In this document: piece by piece, positions 38,829-48,442 of the stretch
How positions within the stretch are numbered: the stretch's first letter is position 1
How the letters are laid out: each line of letters starts with the position of its first letter
Origin: an uncultured Candidatus Saccharibacteria bacterium
Lineage (GTDB): Bacteria; Patescibacteriota; Minisyncoccia; UBA6257; HR35
Direction: 5' to 3'
NCBI GenBank assembly: GCA_964655375.1
Contig: CAZZNB010000045.1
Location: forward strand, 2,015 to 66,014
DNA length: 64,000 nucleotides
Program-made: the position numbers and the translations under genes
The notes under the pieces: model-generated
Told to the model about the DNA's origin: nothing
Seen by the model: the letters and a program-made list of their open reading frames with translations, nothing else
Database searches by the model: none

Positions 38829-39265
38829 TATACTCTTCTTGGTTTAGGAGGAGTAGGACCACCAAAAGGTATAGGAGTCCTATCCTCTATTTCTGTAATA
38901 TTTAAACCAGAATTAAATAAAGCTCTTAATGCAGACTCTCTGCCAGGACCTATTCCTTTCACTACTATTTTTATTTCATTTACATCAAAATTAGCTTTAA
39001 TTTTTTCTAATAAAACTTCAGCAGTTTTAGCTCCTGCATAAGGAGTAGCCTTTTTTGTGTTTTTAAAACCACAATTTCCAGCTGAAGTCCAACATAAAAC
39101 ATTGCCATTAGCATCAGTAAATGACATCAAAGTGTTATTAAAATGAGAATTAATATAAATAATGCCAATATCTACTCTTTTTTTCTTTTTACCCTTTTTT
39201 ATCTTAGTTGTTGTGGGCTTAACAATCTCCTCTCCTTGAATAATTTTTGTTCTTGTTCTACCCAT
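38828..39265 (-). CDS. rpsK: 30S ribosomal protein S11
   Basis: 145 aa with GIGPGRESALRAL and a C-terminal PIPFGGPTPPKPRRV. Confidence 0.85.
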   Translation of the reverse strand: MGRTRTKIIQGEEIVKPTTTKIKKGKKKKRVDIGIIYINSHFNNTLMSFTDANGNVLCWTSAGNCGFKNTKKATPYAGAKTAEVLLEKIKANFDVNEIKIVVKGIGPGRESALRALFNSGLNITEIEDRTPIPFGGPTPPKPRRV

Positions 39266-39267
39266 TT

Positions 39268-39651
39268 TTATTTCTTAGAAACTTTTCTTTTACCAGAACC
39301 GACTGTTTTTCTTGGCCCTTTTCTTGTTCTTGCATTTGTTCTGGTTCTTTGTCCCCAAACAGGCAATTTTCTTAAATGTCTTAATCCTCGATAACATTGA
39401 ATATCTATTAACCTTCTAATATTAGATTGAATCTCTCTTTTTAAATCACCTTCTATTTTTAAGTTTGCATCAATATATTTTTCAATTTTACCAATTTCTT
39501 CCATAGTCAATTCTTTTGTTTTTTTCATAGGATCAATGTTCAAAGCTTCACATATTTTCTTAGCCAAAGATCTTCCAATCCCATATATTTTAGGCAAAGC
39601 AAACAAAATTCTTTTTTCTTTAGGAATTTCTACTCCTGCGATTCTAACCAT
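39268..39651 (-). CDS. rpsM: 30S ribosomal protein S13
   Basis: [33 protein letters not shown] is a typical S13 N-terminus. Confidence 0.85.
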   Translation of the reverse strand: MVRIAGVEIPKEKRILFALPKIYGIGRSLAKKICEALNIDPMKKTKELTMEEIGKIEKYIDANLKIEGDLKREIQSNIRRLIDIQCYRGLRHLRKLPVWGQRTRTNARTRKGPRKTVGSGKRKVSKK

Positions 39652-39653
39652 TT

Positions 39654-39767
39654 TTACCCTTGTCTCTGCTTATGTTTTGGATTTTCACAAATAACATAAA
39701 TTCGGCCATGTCTTCTTATAATTTTACACTTCTTACACCTTCTTTTAACTGATGCTTTTACTTTCAT
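39654..39767 (-). CDS. rpmJ: 50S ribosomal protein L36
   Basis: Manual translation gives [37 protein letters not shown] (37 aa), a near-consensus L36. Missed by the ORF track. Confidence 0.85.
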   Translation of the reverse strand: MKVKASVKRRCKKCKIIRRHGRIYVICENPKHKQRQG

Positions 39768-39770
39768 TTT

Positions 39771-39977
39771 TTATTTTCTTTTAATGATCCTACCTTTTGT
39801 TCTATCATAAGGAGAAAGTTCTACTATTACTTCATCACCTGGTACTACTTTTATATAATTGATCCTCATTTTCCCAGACAAATAAGCGAGAATTTCCTCT
39901 CCTGTTGTTAATTTTACTTTAAATGTTGTATCTGGTAAAGCTTCTATTACTACTCCTTCAACAATTTCTTTTTTCAT
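39771..39977 (-). CDS. infA: Translation initiation factor IF-1
   Basis: [68 protein letters not shown] matches the IF1 S1-fold. The track ORF is over-extended into tRNA-Pro. Confidence 0.85.
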   Translation of the reverse strand: MKKEIVEGVVIEALPDTTFKVKLTTGEEILAYLSGKMRINYIKVVPGDEVIVELSPYDRTKGRIIKRK

Positions 39978-39984
39978 GTTATTT

Positions 39985-40056
39985 TCGGGGTGGCCGGATT
40001 CGAACCGGCAATCTCGTGGTCCCAAACCACGCGCCTTAACCATTAGGCCACACCCC
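39985..40056 (-). tRNA. tRNA-Pro (anticodon UGG)
   Basis: Cloverleaf: acceptor GGGGTGT/CACCCCG, anticodon stem CGTGG/CCACG with loop TTTGGGA, T-arm GCCGG-TTCGAAT-CCGGC. Confidence 0.85.
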
Positions 40057-40068
40057 GTAATTTTAAAA

Positions 40069-40141
40069 TGGACCCAGAGGGACTCGAACCCTCGGCCTCC
40101 GCCATGCCATAGCGGCGCTCTACCAACTGAGCTATGGGCCC
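40069..40141 (-). tRNA. tRNA-Ala (anticodon GGC)
   Basis: Cloverleaf with the G3:U70 Ala identity pair (acceptor GGGCCCA/TGGGTCC), anticodon loop ATGGCAT, T-arm GAGGG-TTCGAGT-CCCTC. Confidence 0.8.
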
Positions 40142-40157
40142 TTTAATATTAATTTTA

Positions 40158-41612
40158 TCAATTTTCTTTTTCTTTTACAAATGGAAAGTAAATAACCTCT
40201 CTTAAGTATTTAGAATTAGTTAAAATTACTACTAGTCTATCTATTCCTATTCCTAATCCAGCTGTTGGGGGCATTCCATATTCTAAGGCTTCTATAAAGG
40301 TTTCATCATAAGGATGTGCTTCTTCATCACCTTTTTCTAAAGCCTTAGCCTGTTCTTCAAATCTTTGCTTTTGATCTATTGGATCATTTAATTCTGCAAA
40401 TGCATTGATAATTTCTAATCCTCCAATATATCCTTGAAAACGCAATGTTAATTCAGGGTTTTTAGGATTTAATTTAGCTAATGGTGAAATTTCTTTCGGA
40501 TGATCTATCAAAAACGTTGGTTGAATTAAATTTTTTCTGATTACTTTTTTAAAAATTTCATCGACAATTTTACCCTTGGTGATTATTTTGGGATTAAATT
40601 CTATTTGATTTTTTTCTGCAAATTTCAAAAAATCATCTAATGTATTTTTAAAATAGTCCAAACCTGTATATTTTTTAATTATTTCTACATACTTTATTCT
40701 TTTCCATTTCTTTCCGAAGTTAATTTTATTACCTTGGTATTCGACAAAATAACTTTCTTTCCCTGTGAATTTTTTATTAAATCTTTTGACTAATTCTTTT
40801 AACAAATTTTCTACAAATTTCATTAAATTATCACGATCACAATAAGCATAATATAATTCCATCATAGTAAATTCTGGATTATGCTCCCTGTCAATTCCTT
40901 CATTTCTGAAATTTTTCCCTATTTCAAAAATTTTTTCAAATCCTCCAACTATCATTTTTTTAAGATAAAGTTCAGGTGCTATTCTTAAATATAATGGTAA
41001 ATTTAAGGCTTCTAGATATGTTTTAAATGGTTTTGCTAAAGCTCCGCCATAATGCGTTTGTAAAATTGGTGTTTCTACTTCAATAAATCCTTTCTCCCAT
41101 AAAATTTCCCTTAATAGGCGTATGATATAAAATCTTTTATTAAAAACCTCTTTGTCTTCAGGGTAAAAAATTGTTCGTAAATAAGGATTTCTTGAAAGAA
41201 GCTCTTCATCACGAACTTTGTAATAATCTTTAGGAAAATTTTTTAGACATTTTGCTAATAAAACATATTTTTCTACTAATACACTTTTTTCTTTAGATTT
41301 AGGCAAAAAAACACTACCAAAAACTGAAATGAAGTCTCCCATTTTTAAAATTTCAGTTGACAAATCGAATTTTTTAGTTATATCTTTTCTAAAAATACAT
41401 TGAATCTTTCCTGATTCGTCTTTTAAATCAATAAAAATAATATTTCCATGATCTCTAATCGCCATAATTCTTCCTGCTATCCAAAAATATTTTTTATTTC
41501 TTAAAAATTTATTAAAATTCTGTATAACTTCATTTATAACATAATCCCTTTTGCTTTTTTCTGGATAAGGATCAATTTTTAATTTTTTAATTTTTTCTAA
41601 TTCGTCATGCAT
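40158..41612 (-). CDS. lysS: Lysyl-tRNA synthetase (class II)
   Basis: 484 aa with an N-terminal OB anticodon-binding domain and class II motifs FRNEGIDREHNPEFTMMELY and GGLEIINAFAELNDP...GLGIGIDRLVVIL. Confidence 0.85.
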   Translation of the reverse strand: MHDELEKIKKLKIDPYPEKSKRDYVINEVIQNFNKFLRNKKYFWIAGRIMAIRDHGNIIFIDLKDESGKIQCIFRKDITKKFDLSTEILKMGDFISVFGSVFLPKSKEKSVLVEKYVLLAKCLKNFPKDYYKVRDEELLSRNPYLRTIFYPEDKEVFNKRFYIIRLLREILWEKGFIEVETPILQTHYGGALAKPFKTYLEALNLPLYLRIAPELYLKKMIVGGFEKIFEIGKNFRNEGIDREHNPEFTMMELYYAYCDRDNLMKFVENLLKELVKRFNKKFTGKESYFVEYQGNKINFGKKWKRIKYVEIIKKYTGLDYFKNTLDDFLKFAEKNQIEFNPKIITKGKIVDEIFKKVIRKNLIQPTFLIDHPKEISPLAKLNPKNPELTLRFQGYIGGLEIINAFAELNDPIDQKQRFEEQAKALEKGDEEAHPYDETFIEALEYGMPPTAGLGIGIDRLVVILTNSKYLREVIYFPFVKEKEN

Positions 41613-41613
41613 T

Positions 41614-42852
41614 TTATTGGATTTGACGAGATTGTAAACCTTGTTCTAATTGAGCAGAAATTTGTTGATATACTGGTACAACTATTGATACTGCTATTAA
41701 CCCAACTATTATACCGACAAAAACTATTAGAAGAGGCTCTAATAATGTCATTAGGTTTTTTATAGAATATTTCACTTCGTCTTCATAATACCTTTCCATA
41801 ACTTCTAAAACTTTAGATAAATTTCCTGTTTCAGAGCCTATTATCATAACTCCGGAAAAAATAGGAGGAAAAATTCTTTCTTGAACAAGTACCTCTTCAA
41901 AATTAGCACCGCCTTGAATTTTTTGATGCATTCTTAAAGTAGCTTCTTTAAGTTCTGGATGGGATATGACTAAGCTTGTAAGGTACAAAGATTGCGAAAC
42001 AGTAATACCACTTTCTATTAAAGATCCAAATATAAAACAGAAAGATCTTAAATTCATATTCAAAATAAGTGTTTTTAAAATAGGTAATTTTAAAGCAATT
42101 AAAAGCAATACTTGCCGCCCCTTTCTTGTTATAAATAAGCTTATAAAAATAATAATTAATAAGCCCAAAATAATGAAAATTATTTTTATATGATTTCCTA
42201 TCCAAATACCTGTTGATAGTATAATTTGAGAGAAAGCAGGTAATTTTGTTCCCATTTGTTGTACTAATCCTGCAATTTTAGGCATAACAAAAGTAGTTAC
42301 TAAAATTATTACTCCAAATGCTGCAATAAGTATAATAGATGGATATAATAGTGAAGAAAGCAGTTCTGTTCTTACATTTTTTTCTTTCTCTAAATCCTCA
42401 ACCCAGTTATCAAAGGTTTTAGTTAAATTACCAGAAAGCTCCCCTATTTTAATAAGCTCTATTTCAACAGGAGTAAAACTTTCAGGAAAATATTGAAAGG
42501 TTAAATAAAAAGGATTCCCTTTTTGGAGGTTGTAAATTAGAAACAAAACGAAGTTTTTTAAATATCCATCTTTTAAATTTCTGACAAAAACCTTTAAACC
42601 TTCAATCAAACCAGCTCCAGATTTTAGAATTAAAGATATATTTCTAGCAAAAAATATTTTTTCTTTCAAAGAAAGTCTTCTAAATGGTCTTAAAATTTTA
42701 TCAAAAAAAGTTTCTGTTGAAATATAAATTTTAATAGGAGTTAAGCCTAAGCTCGATAAATAATCTACAATCTCTTGTTCAGATTCAGCTACTAATTTAC
42801 CTTTGTGGAATTTACCTAAATTATCTACTGCGAGAAATTTATAAAATTGCAT
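41614..42852 (-). CDS. Type II secretion / type IV pilus platform protein (GspF/PilC family)
   Basis: 412 aa with two T2SSF-like repeats and three TM segments. Located next to a GspE/PilB ATPase. Confidence 0.7.
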   Translation of the reverse strand: MQFYKFLAVDNLGKFHKGKLVAESEQEIVDYLSSLGLTPIKIYISTETFFDKILRPFRRLSLKEKIFFARNISLILKSGAGLIEGLKVFVRNLKDGYLKNFVLFLIYNLQKGNPFYLTFQYFPESFTPVEIELIKIGELSGNLTKTFDNWVEDLEKEKNVRTELLSSLLYPSIILIAAFGVIILVTTFVMPKIAGLVQQMGTKLPAFSQIILSTGIWIGNHIKIIFIILGLLIIIFISLFITRKGRQVLLLIALKLPILKTLILNMNLRSFCFIFGSLIESGITVSQSLYLTSLVISHPELKEATLRMHQKIQGGANFEEVLVQERIFPPIFSGVMIIGSETGNLSKVLEVMERYYEDEVKYSIKNLMTLLEPLLIVFVGIIVGLIAVSIVVPVYQQISAQLEQGLQSRQIQ

Positions 42853-42854
42853 TT

Positions 42855-44561
42855 TTACTCTCTAATTACTCTTAATACTTCTTCTAATGTTGTAATTCCT
42901 GCTATAACTTTCTCAAAGCCATCTTCAAACATTGTACGGAAACCTTTATTTCTTAATATCTCTTTGAATTCAATCAAATTAAATTCTTTTCTTGCTAAAT
43001 AATCTGCTACTTCGTCATCTACATAAAACATTTCGAAAATTCCAGTTCTTCCTTTATAACCAGAATATCCACAATATTCACAACCTTTTCCTTTGTAAAT
43101 ATATTTAGGAAATTCAAAATTTTTAAGTTCTTCTACTGACCACCCAGCTCTAATAAGTTGATCTTTCATCAATTCTTCTTGATAAGGCTTCACCTCTTCA
43201 GTAGTAACGCAATTTAAGCAAACTTTTCTAACTAATCTTTGAGCCATTACTAAAGTTAAAGTTGAAGCTACTAAATATTTAGGGATGCCTAAATCAATTA
43301 GTCTTGGTACAGCTGTAGGAGCATCATTTGTGTGAAGAGTAGAAAGTATAAGGTGGCCAGTAAGAGCTGCTTGAATAGCAATATCTGCAGTTTCAAAATC
43401 TCTAATTTCACCTACCATGATAATATTTGGATCTTGTCTTAAAAGACTTCTTAGTCCTGAAGCAAAAGTTAATTCTACTTTTGGGTTTACTTGAATTTGA
43501 TTAATTCTTTCTAATTCATATTCAATAGGATCCTCAATAGTGCAAATATTAACCTCAGGCCTGTTCAAAAGCTGTAAAATTGTATACAAAGTAGTAGTTT
43601 TACCAGAACCTGTAGGACCAGTAGAGAGTATCATTCCATAAGTTTTAGTAATAGCCAGCTCTAATAATTCTTGATTTTTCTCATTTAAACCTAATTCTGG
43701 TAAAGACGTAGGCCTAAATGTTGAAGCTAATAATCTTAAAACAGCTTTTTCTCCATACATTGTAGGAACTATAGAAACCCTTATATCAAATTCAAAATCA
43801 CCTAATTTTGTCTTAAATCTACCGTCTTGTGGCCTAAAATGCTCATCAATTTGAAGTTGAGATAGAATCTTAATTCTAGCTATTAAAGAAGGATGTAAAT
43901 TTTTTGGTAATTTCATTATTTCTCTTAATACTCCATCAATTCTAAATCTGACTAAGCTATAATCAGCAAAAATTTCTATGTGTATATCTGAAGCATTAAG
44001 TCCCATAGCATAGTTCAGTAAATTATCTACAATCCTTGTAGCAGATACTCTTTGTTCCTCTTCTGTTAAAAAAGCTCTTTCAAATTGAGACACTTCTTTA
44101 CTTAAAATTTCTTGGTACTTTTCTTTGTATAAAGCTTGATAGTTTATTAATGCTCTTTGGATTTCATCTTCTAAAGCTATCATAGGTTCAATTTTTTTAC
44201 CTGTAATATTACTTAAAAGATTTATAGTTTCAAAATCTCTTGGGTTAGCCATAGCTACTTGGAGAACATCCCCCTCAATATTTATAGGAACAACCTTTTT
44301 TTGGATAGCAATTTGCTCAGGAACTAATTTTAAAATACTTATCGGAATAACGATGCCTTTTAAATTAGCTCTTTTTATTCCTAAATATTCACTTAAAATA
44401 CTAGCAAAAAAATCTCTATCTAACCATCTTCGACTAAACATCAAATCTAAAGGATTAATATTTAATCTTTTTGATTCACTTTCTATTTCATCCCATGTAG
44501 CCCCATCTATAATATTGTTTTTTATAAGCAATTCTTTTAATTCTTCATTTGATATTATCAT
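42855..44561 (-). CDS. Type IV pilus assembly ATPase (PilB/GspE family), second paralogue
   Basis: 568 aa with an N-terminal T2SSE_N-like domain, Walker A GPTGSGKTTT and a C-terminal Cys cluster. Confidence 0.85.
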   Translation of the reverse strand: MIISNEELKELLIKNNIIDGATWDEIESESKRLNINPLDLMFSRRWLDRDFFASILSEYLGIKRANLKGIVIPISILKLVPEQIAIQKKVVPINIEGDVLQVAMANPRDFETINLLSNITGKKIEPMIALEDEIQRALINYQALYKEKYQEILSKEVSQFERAFLTEEEQRVSATRIVDNLLNYAMGLNASDIHIEIFADYSLVRFRIDGVLREIMKLPKNLHPSLIARIKILSQLQIDEHFRPQDGRFKTKLGDFEFDIRVSIVPTMYGEKAVLRLLASTFRPTSLPELGLNEKNQELLELAITKTYGMILSTGPTGSGKTTTLYTILQLLNRPEVNICTIEDPIEYELERINQIQVNPKVELTFASGLRSLLRQDPNIIMVGEIRDFETADIAIQAALTGHLILSTLHTNDAPTAVPRLIDLGIPKYLVASTLTLVMAQRLVRKVCLNCVTTEEVKPYQEELMKDQLIRAGWSVEELKNFEFPKYIYKGKGCEYCGYSGYKGRTGIFEMFYVDDEVADYLARKEFNLIEFKEILRNKGFRTMFEDGFEKVIAGITTLEEVLRVIRE

Positions 44562-45235
44562 GGCTTAAAAACTTCTAAAAAATATAATTTATTTTTCATC
44601 GTTATATTAATTATTATAAAAAATATGCATAAAAAAACCCAATAATTTTTTAAAGAAATTTTTTCTGAAGATATACTAAGTTTTGATATTATTCTGATCA
44701 AATGCCACAAAAAAATTACCAAAAATCCAGATATTAATAAAAAGAAATTTAATGGAAAATCTATAAGAGAAGTTAATATAGGTACCATATAATATTCTTC
44801 TTTATAAAATAATGTCTCTTTAAATAATTTGTTAATTGTATAAATTATTAAAAATATAAAAAAAGATCCTATAAGACGCCAAAGTAATTGTTTGTAAAAA
44901 TGATGATAAGAGTAAGATAAAAAATAGGCGAAAGGTTGATAAGGAGGAAGAAGATATTTAGAAATAGGATGAGTTGCCCAAATTAAATATTGAAGATAAT
45001 TGATATAAAAAATATAAGCTAAGGAAAATATTATAAAAAATGAAAAAATGAGAAACCAATATTTTTTTTCTTTATTTCTAAAAAATATTAAAATAATAGA
45101 TGATAAAAGACTAATTATATAGATAAAATTTAAAATTATGAAATTAAATAAATTTTGCATAAAAAATATTATAAACCAATCCTTTTCTCTAATTGAAATA
45201 ACAGTTGTAATTTTTATTTTTTTATTAATTATCAC
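44558..45235 (-). CDS. Polytopic membrane protein in the pilus cluster (possible prepilin peptidase-like, uncertain)
   Basis: 225 aa with about 6 TM helices. Position is suggestive, but A24 peptidase motifs were not recognized. Confidence 0.25.
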   Translation of the reverse strand: MIINKKIKITTVISIREKDWFIIFFMQNLFNFIILNFIYIISLLSSIILIFFRNKEKKYWFLIFSFFIIFSLAYIFYINYLQYLIWATHPISKYLLPPYQPFAYFLSYSYHHFYKQLLWRLIGSFFIFLIIYTINKLFKETLFYKEEYYMVPILTSLIDFPLNFFLLISGFLVIFLWHLIRIISKLSISSEKISLKNYWVFLCIFFIIINITMKNKLYFLEVFKP

Positions 45236-45632
45236 AGTTTTTTTTAGTAGATTTTTAGAATTCTCAGCAGACTATGCTAATGTTTCTAAAGATGTAATTT
45301 CAATTAAAAAAACTTTAGAATTAGCTAGAGAAAAGTCTTTGATAAAAGAAGAATATACTAGTTGGGGAGTTTATTTTGAAAATTCTTCTTCTGCTTATTA
45401 TCTTTTTGCTGGTCCATCTTTTGCTTCATCAGTAAAAGTTTTTGTTAATTATTTAAGTGAAAATAATAAGTTTTTAAATCCACCTCCAAATTCTCATTTA
45501 GAAATTATTTTTATGCCTTCTACTGGTTATGCTACTAATGCAACAATTACAATATCTTCTTTGAATGAAAAAATAAAAGGTGATATAATAATTAATTCAG
45601 TCGGCACAATTAATACAAATATTTACAAATGA
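45138..45632 (+). CDS. Type IV pilin / pseudopilin-like protein
   Basis: The class III signal peptide QSFSLIEITVVIFIFLLI has the prepilin cleavage/methylation motif with Glu at +5. Confidence 0.65.
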   Translation: MKLNKFCIKNIINQSFSLIEITVVIFIFLLIITVFFSRFLEFSADYANVSKDVISIKKTLELAREKSLIKEEYTSWGVYFENSSSAYYLFAGPSFASSVKVFVNYLSENNKFLNPPPNSHLEIIFMPSTGYATNATITISSLNEKIKGDIIINSVGTINTNIYK

Positions 45633-46270
45633 ATATAAATCAAATTTTGCCAGCGATACTTTTAATAATTCTTCTTTTAGGAGGCGGATATTTATTATTC
45701 CAAAAAACTCCTATTAAATACACAGCTAATGTATTCACTAATTTGAATCTAGAAAACTTAAAAGGTTTTAATCCACCATTAGGAAATCCTGATGCTCCAG
45801 TAAAAATAATAGAATTTTCTGATGCTCAATGTTTTTATTGTAAAAAATTTTACATGGAATCTTTTAAGAAAATCAAAGACGAATATATAGATAAAGGATT
45901 AGCTGTTTTTTATTATAGAGATTTTGCCTTTTTAGGGCCTGAATCAATTCAAGCAAGTTTAGCTTCAAAATGCGCCAGAGAACAAGAGAAATTTTGGGAA
46001 TATATAGATATACTTTTCGAAAATCAATCAGTAGGATTCAACAAAGAAAACTTAATAAAATTTGCAGAAAGACTTAATTTAGATAAAGAAAAATTTGAAA
46101 AATGTATAAATGAGGGTAAATATATGGATGAAATTCAAGAAGATATAAAAGCAGCTCAAACTTTAGGAGTTAGAGGAACGCCTTATTTTATAATTAATAA
46201 TGATATAGTTGAAGGAGCATATCCATACGAATATATAAAACAAATTATAGAAAAATATATAAAAAAATGA
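45629..46270 (+). CDS. DsbA-like thiol:disulfide oxidoreductase
   Basis: 213 aa with an N-terminal TM/signal segment and the active site CFYC in a thioredoxin-fold context. Confidence 0.7.
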   Translation: MNINQILPAILLIILLLGGGYLLFQKTPIKYTANVFTNLNLENLKGFNPPLGNPDAPVKIIEFSDAQCFYCKKFYMESFKKIKDEYIDKGLAVFYYRDFAFLGPESIQASLASKCAREQEKFWEYIDILFENQSVGFNKENLIKFAERLNLDKEKFEKCINEGKYMDEIQEDIKAAQTLGVRGTPYFIINNDIVEGAYPYEYIKQIIEKYIKK

Positions 46271-46500
46271 AAAAAATAATAATTTATACAACAAGCTGGT
46301 GTCCGTTTTGTGATGCTGCTAAAGAATATTTTAAAAATAAAGGAGTAGAATATGAAGAAAAAAATGTTGAAAATGATATCCAGGCAAGAGAAGAAATGAT
46401 AGAAAAATCTGGTCAATTAGGTGTCCCTGTTATAGATATAGGCGGAAAGATAATTGTAGGTTTTTCACCTGAAGAAATTGAAGAAGCTTTAAAAGAATAA
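46267..46500 (+). CDS. Glutaredoxin-like protein (NrdH/YruB family)
   Basis: 77 aa with YTTSWCPFCDAAKEYF (CPFC active site). Confidence 0.75.
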   Translation: MKKIIIYTTSWCPFCDAAKEYFKNKGVEYEEKNVENDIQAREEMIEKSGQLGVPVIDIGGKIIVGFSPEEIEEALKE

Positions 46501-46504
46501 TTTT

Positions 46505-46789
46505 TTATTCTTCTGGTTCAATTCCTAATTCTTTTTTTAATTCCAATTCTCTTTTTCTATCTTCTAATGCTCTTTTAATTTTTTCAAGTTCTATAACAGT
46601 TTCTAACAGCCTTTCTTTAAATTTAAGAGTTGCATAAGCTAAATCTACTGCTTCTTCAAAGAAAATACCAACAATATCTTTCTTCACATCTTCAGGGAAC
46701 TTATCAAAATTTTCAATTAAAAAATTTCTAACATCTTCTTCACTCCCTTCTGCTAAAATTTTGAAAAATTCTTCATATATATTTTCCAT
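46505..46789 (-). CDS. Hypothetical acidic protein
   Basis: 94 aa, E-rich, no motif. Confidence 0.3.
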   Translation of the reverse strand: MENIYEEFFKILAEGSEEDVRNFLIENFDKFPEDVKKDIVGIFFEEAVDLAYATLKFKERLLETVIELEKIKRALEDRKRELELKKELGIEPEE

Positions 46790-46823
46790 ATTTATTTTTT
46801 AGTAATTAATATTCATTTGATAT

Positions 46824-47891
46824 TTATTTTGAATCCGCCCATCCTGCAACCATATTAATTAAAGCATCCAAAACCCCACCAAATTTATTGCCAAATTTAT
46901 TGCCTAATTTATTTCTCATGCGTGATTTAAAGCCAGATTTTAATTCGTTTTTTCGCTCCTCTTCGAGTTGTTCCCAATTAGTAACCTTTTGTTCCTGTAA
47001 AAATTCACTCCATTCCTCTTCTAATTCCTCCGGAGAATAGAAAGCTTCTTTGAAGCTTAGGCCTTGTCCTAAAGGTTTAAATTCATCCCATAAAGCTTTA
47101 TTTAAAATATCTATTCCTCCATTTGTAGTATATATTACATTAGCTATCATCTCTCCGACCTCCTTCAAATTATCATAGATTGTATTTAAATGTGTTTGTA
47201 CCTCTGTTATTTTATTTAATTCATCTACTCGCTTTTGGCTATATGTTCCTCCTTGCAAGAAATCCCAAATTTTTTGTAAAATATTTAATCTCCTTTTAAC
47301 AAGATTTGTAATCTCATCTTCTTTTACTTCTCCTTTTGCTATCCTTTCATATAGCCGACCTAACTCTGGTTCACTTATTCCATACCTTCTGCAAGCTTCT
47401 TTAAGTTGTTCATCAATATTTGAAAGTTGCCTTTCTGCTTCCTTTATTTGCTGAATTTTTTCCGCTAAACTGTCAAACCTATCTTTCCCTACAATATATA
47501 ACCTAGATAAATAAACTTCTAACAATTTCTTTGTATTTTCAATACCTAAAGTCCCAACCAATTTTTTAAACTTATTAGAACTTCCTACAATTATTTTTAT
47601 AGTTTCTGGAGTTAATAGACTTAATACTTCTTGAGACTTATCTATTGCTTCTTTAAGTAGTATTCTATAATTATTTAATTCTTCAAGTTCGTTTTCGCTA
47701 AAAGCTTCTCTTTTTAATAATTTTTCTATTAACTTTTGTTTATTATCTTTTTCTAAGGCTAAATTTAAAAGCTCCGAAAGTTTTGGATCTTTTAAAATCT
47801 CTGCTAAAGAAGGAGGAACAGCTTCAGGGCTTTGTTCATATTCTCCCCCCTTTTTTTGTTCTTGCGCCCTTCGAAATCTTTCTACTACCAT
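46824..47891 (-). CDS. Hypothetical coiled-coil protein
   Basis: 355 aa, no motif recognized. ATG at 47891 with no SD (host-like). Confidence 0.3.
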   Translation of the reverse strand: MVVERFRRAQEQKKGGEYEQSPEAVPPSLAEILKDPKLSELLNLALEKDNKQKLIEKLLKREAFSENELEELNNYRILLKEAIDKSQEVLSLLTPETIKIIVGSSNKFKKLVGTLGIENTKKLLEVYLSRLYIVGKDRFDSLAEKIQQIKEAERQLSNIDEQLKEACRRYGISEPELGRLYERIAKGEVKEDEITNLVKRRLNILQKIWDFLQGGTYSQKRVDELNKITEVQTHLNTIYDNLKEVGEMIANVIYTTNGGIDILNKALWDEFKPLGQGLSFKEAFYSPEELEEEWSEFLQEQKVTNWEQLEEERKNELKSGFKSRMRNKLGNKFGNKFGGVLDALINMVAGWADSK

Positions 47892-47945
47892 TAATTTAAT
47901 TTTAAGCTATATTTATTTCGATAGTCAAGTTTATAATTAATATTA

Positions 47946-48410
47946 ATGAAAAATAGAGTATTTCTTCAAAATCCGGGAATTTATTATCATTATCAAATAT
48001 TAGAAAGCTTTGAAGCTGGAATAGAGCTAAAAGGCTTTGAAGTCAAAGCCTTAAGAGAAGGGAAAGGAAGCTTAAAAGGAAGCTATGTTACTATAAAAGA
48101 TAATGAAGCTTATTTAGTAAATTTTAATATCCCTCCATACCAACCTAAAAATACACCAAAAGATTATGATGAAAATAGACCAAGAAAACTTTTATTAAAG
48201 AGAAAAGAAATAAATTATTTGATAGGAAAATTAAAAGAAAAGGGGTTAACATTAGTGCCAATCAAGGTTTATTCTAAAGGAAATCTTATTAAAATAGAAA
48301 TAGCTTTAGCAAAAGGTCTTAAAAAATATGAAAAAAGAGAAAAAATAAAAGAAAAAGAATTTAGAAGAGTAAAAGAAAGAGCAGAGAAAATAAAATATAG
48401 GGCTGGATAA
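47946..48410 (+). CDS. smpB: SsrA-binding protein SmpB
   Basis: 154 aa. GIELKGFEVKALREGKGSLKGSYV...RPRKLLLKRKEINYLIGK...GLTLVPIKVY...IEIALAKGLKKYEKRE matches the SmpB consensus. Confidence 0.9.
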   Translation: MKNRVFLQNPGIYYHYQILESFEAGIELKGFEVKALREGKGSLKGSYVTIKDNEAYLVNFNIPPYQPKNTPKDYDENRPRKLLLKRKEINYLIGKLKEKGLTLVPIKVYSKGNLIKIEIALAKGLKKYEKREKIKEKEFRRVKERAEKIKYRAG

Positions 48411-48442
48411 AAACCAGCCCCTTAATCCTAATAGTATATACT

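Noticed and set aside
44558-45235. Calling the 225-aa membrane protein a prepilin peptidase (PilD)
   Set aside because: The position fits, but I could not find the paired catalytic Asp motifs or the N-terminal zinc-binding Cys pairs of the A24 family. It is left as an uncharacterized membrane protein.
48420-48440. Direct repeat of the tmRNA 3' end at the island's left border (att-site signature)
   Set aside because: No match to GGGGTTCGATTCCCCTCACCTCCAC or to the smpB end was seen near 48410-48445. The island also lies 5' of ssrA, so the classic 3'-tRNA/tmRNA integration model is not supported.
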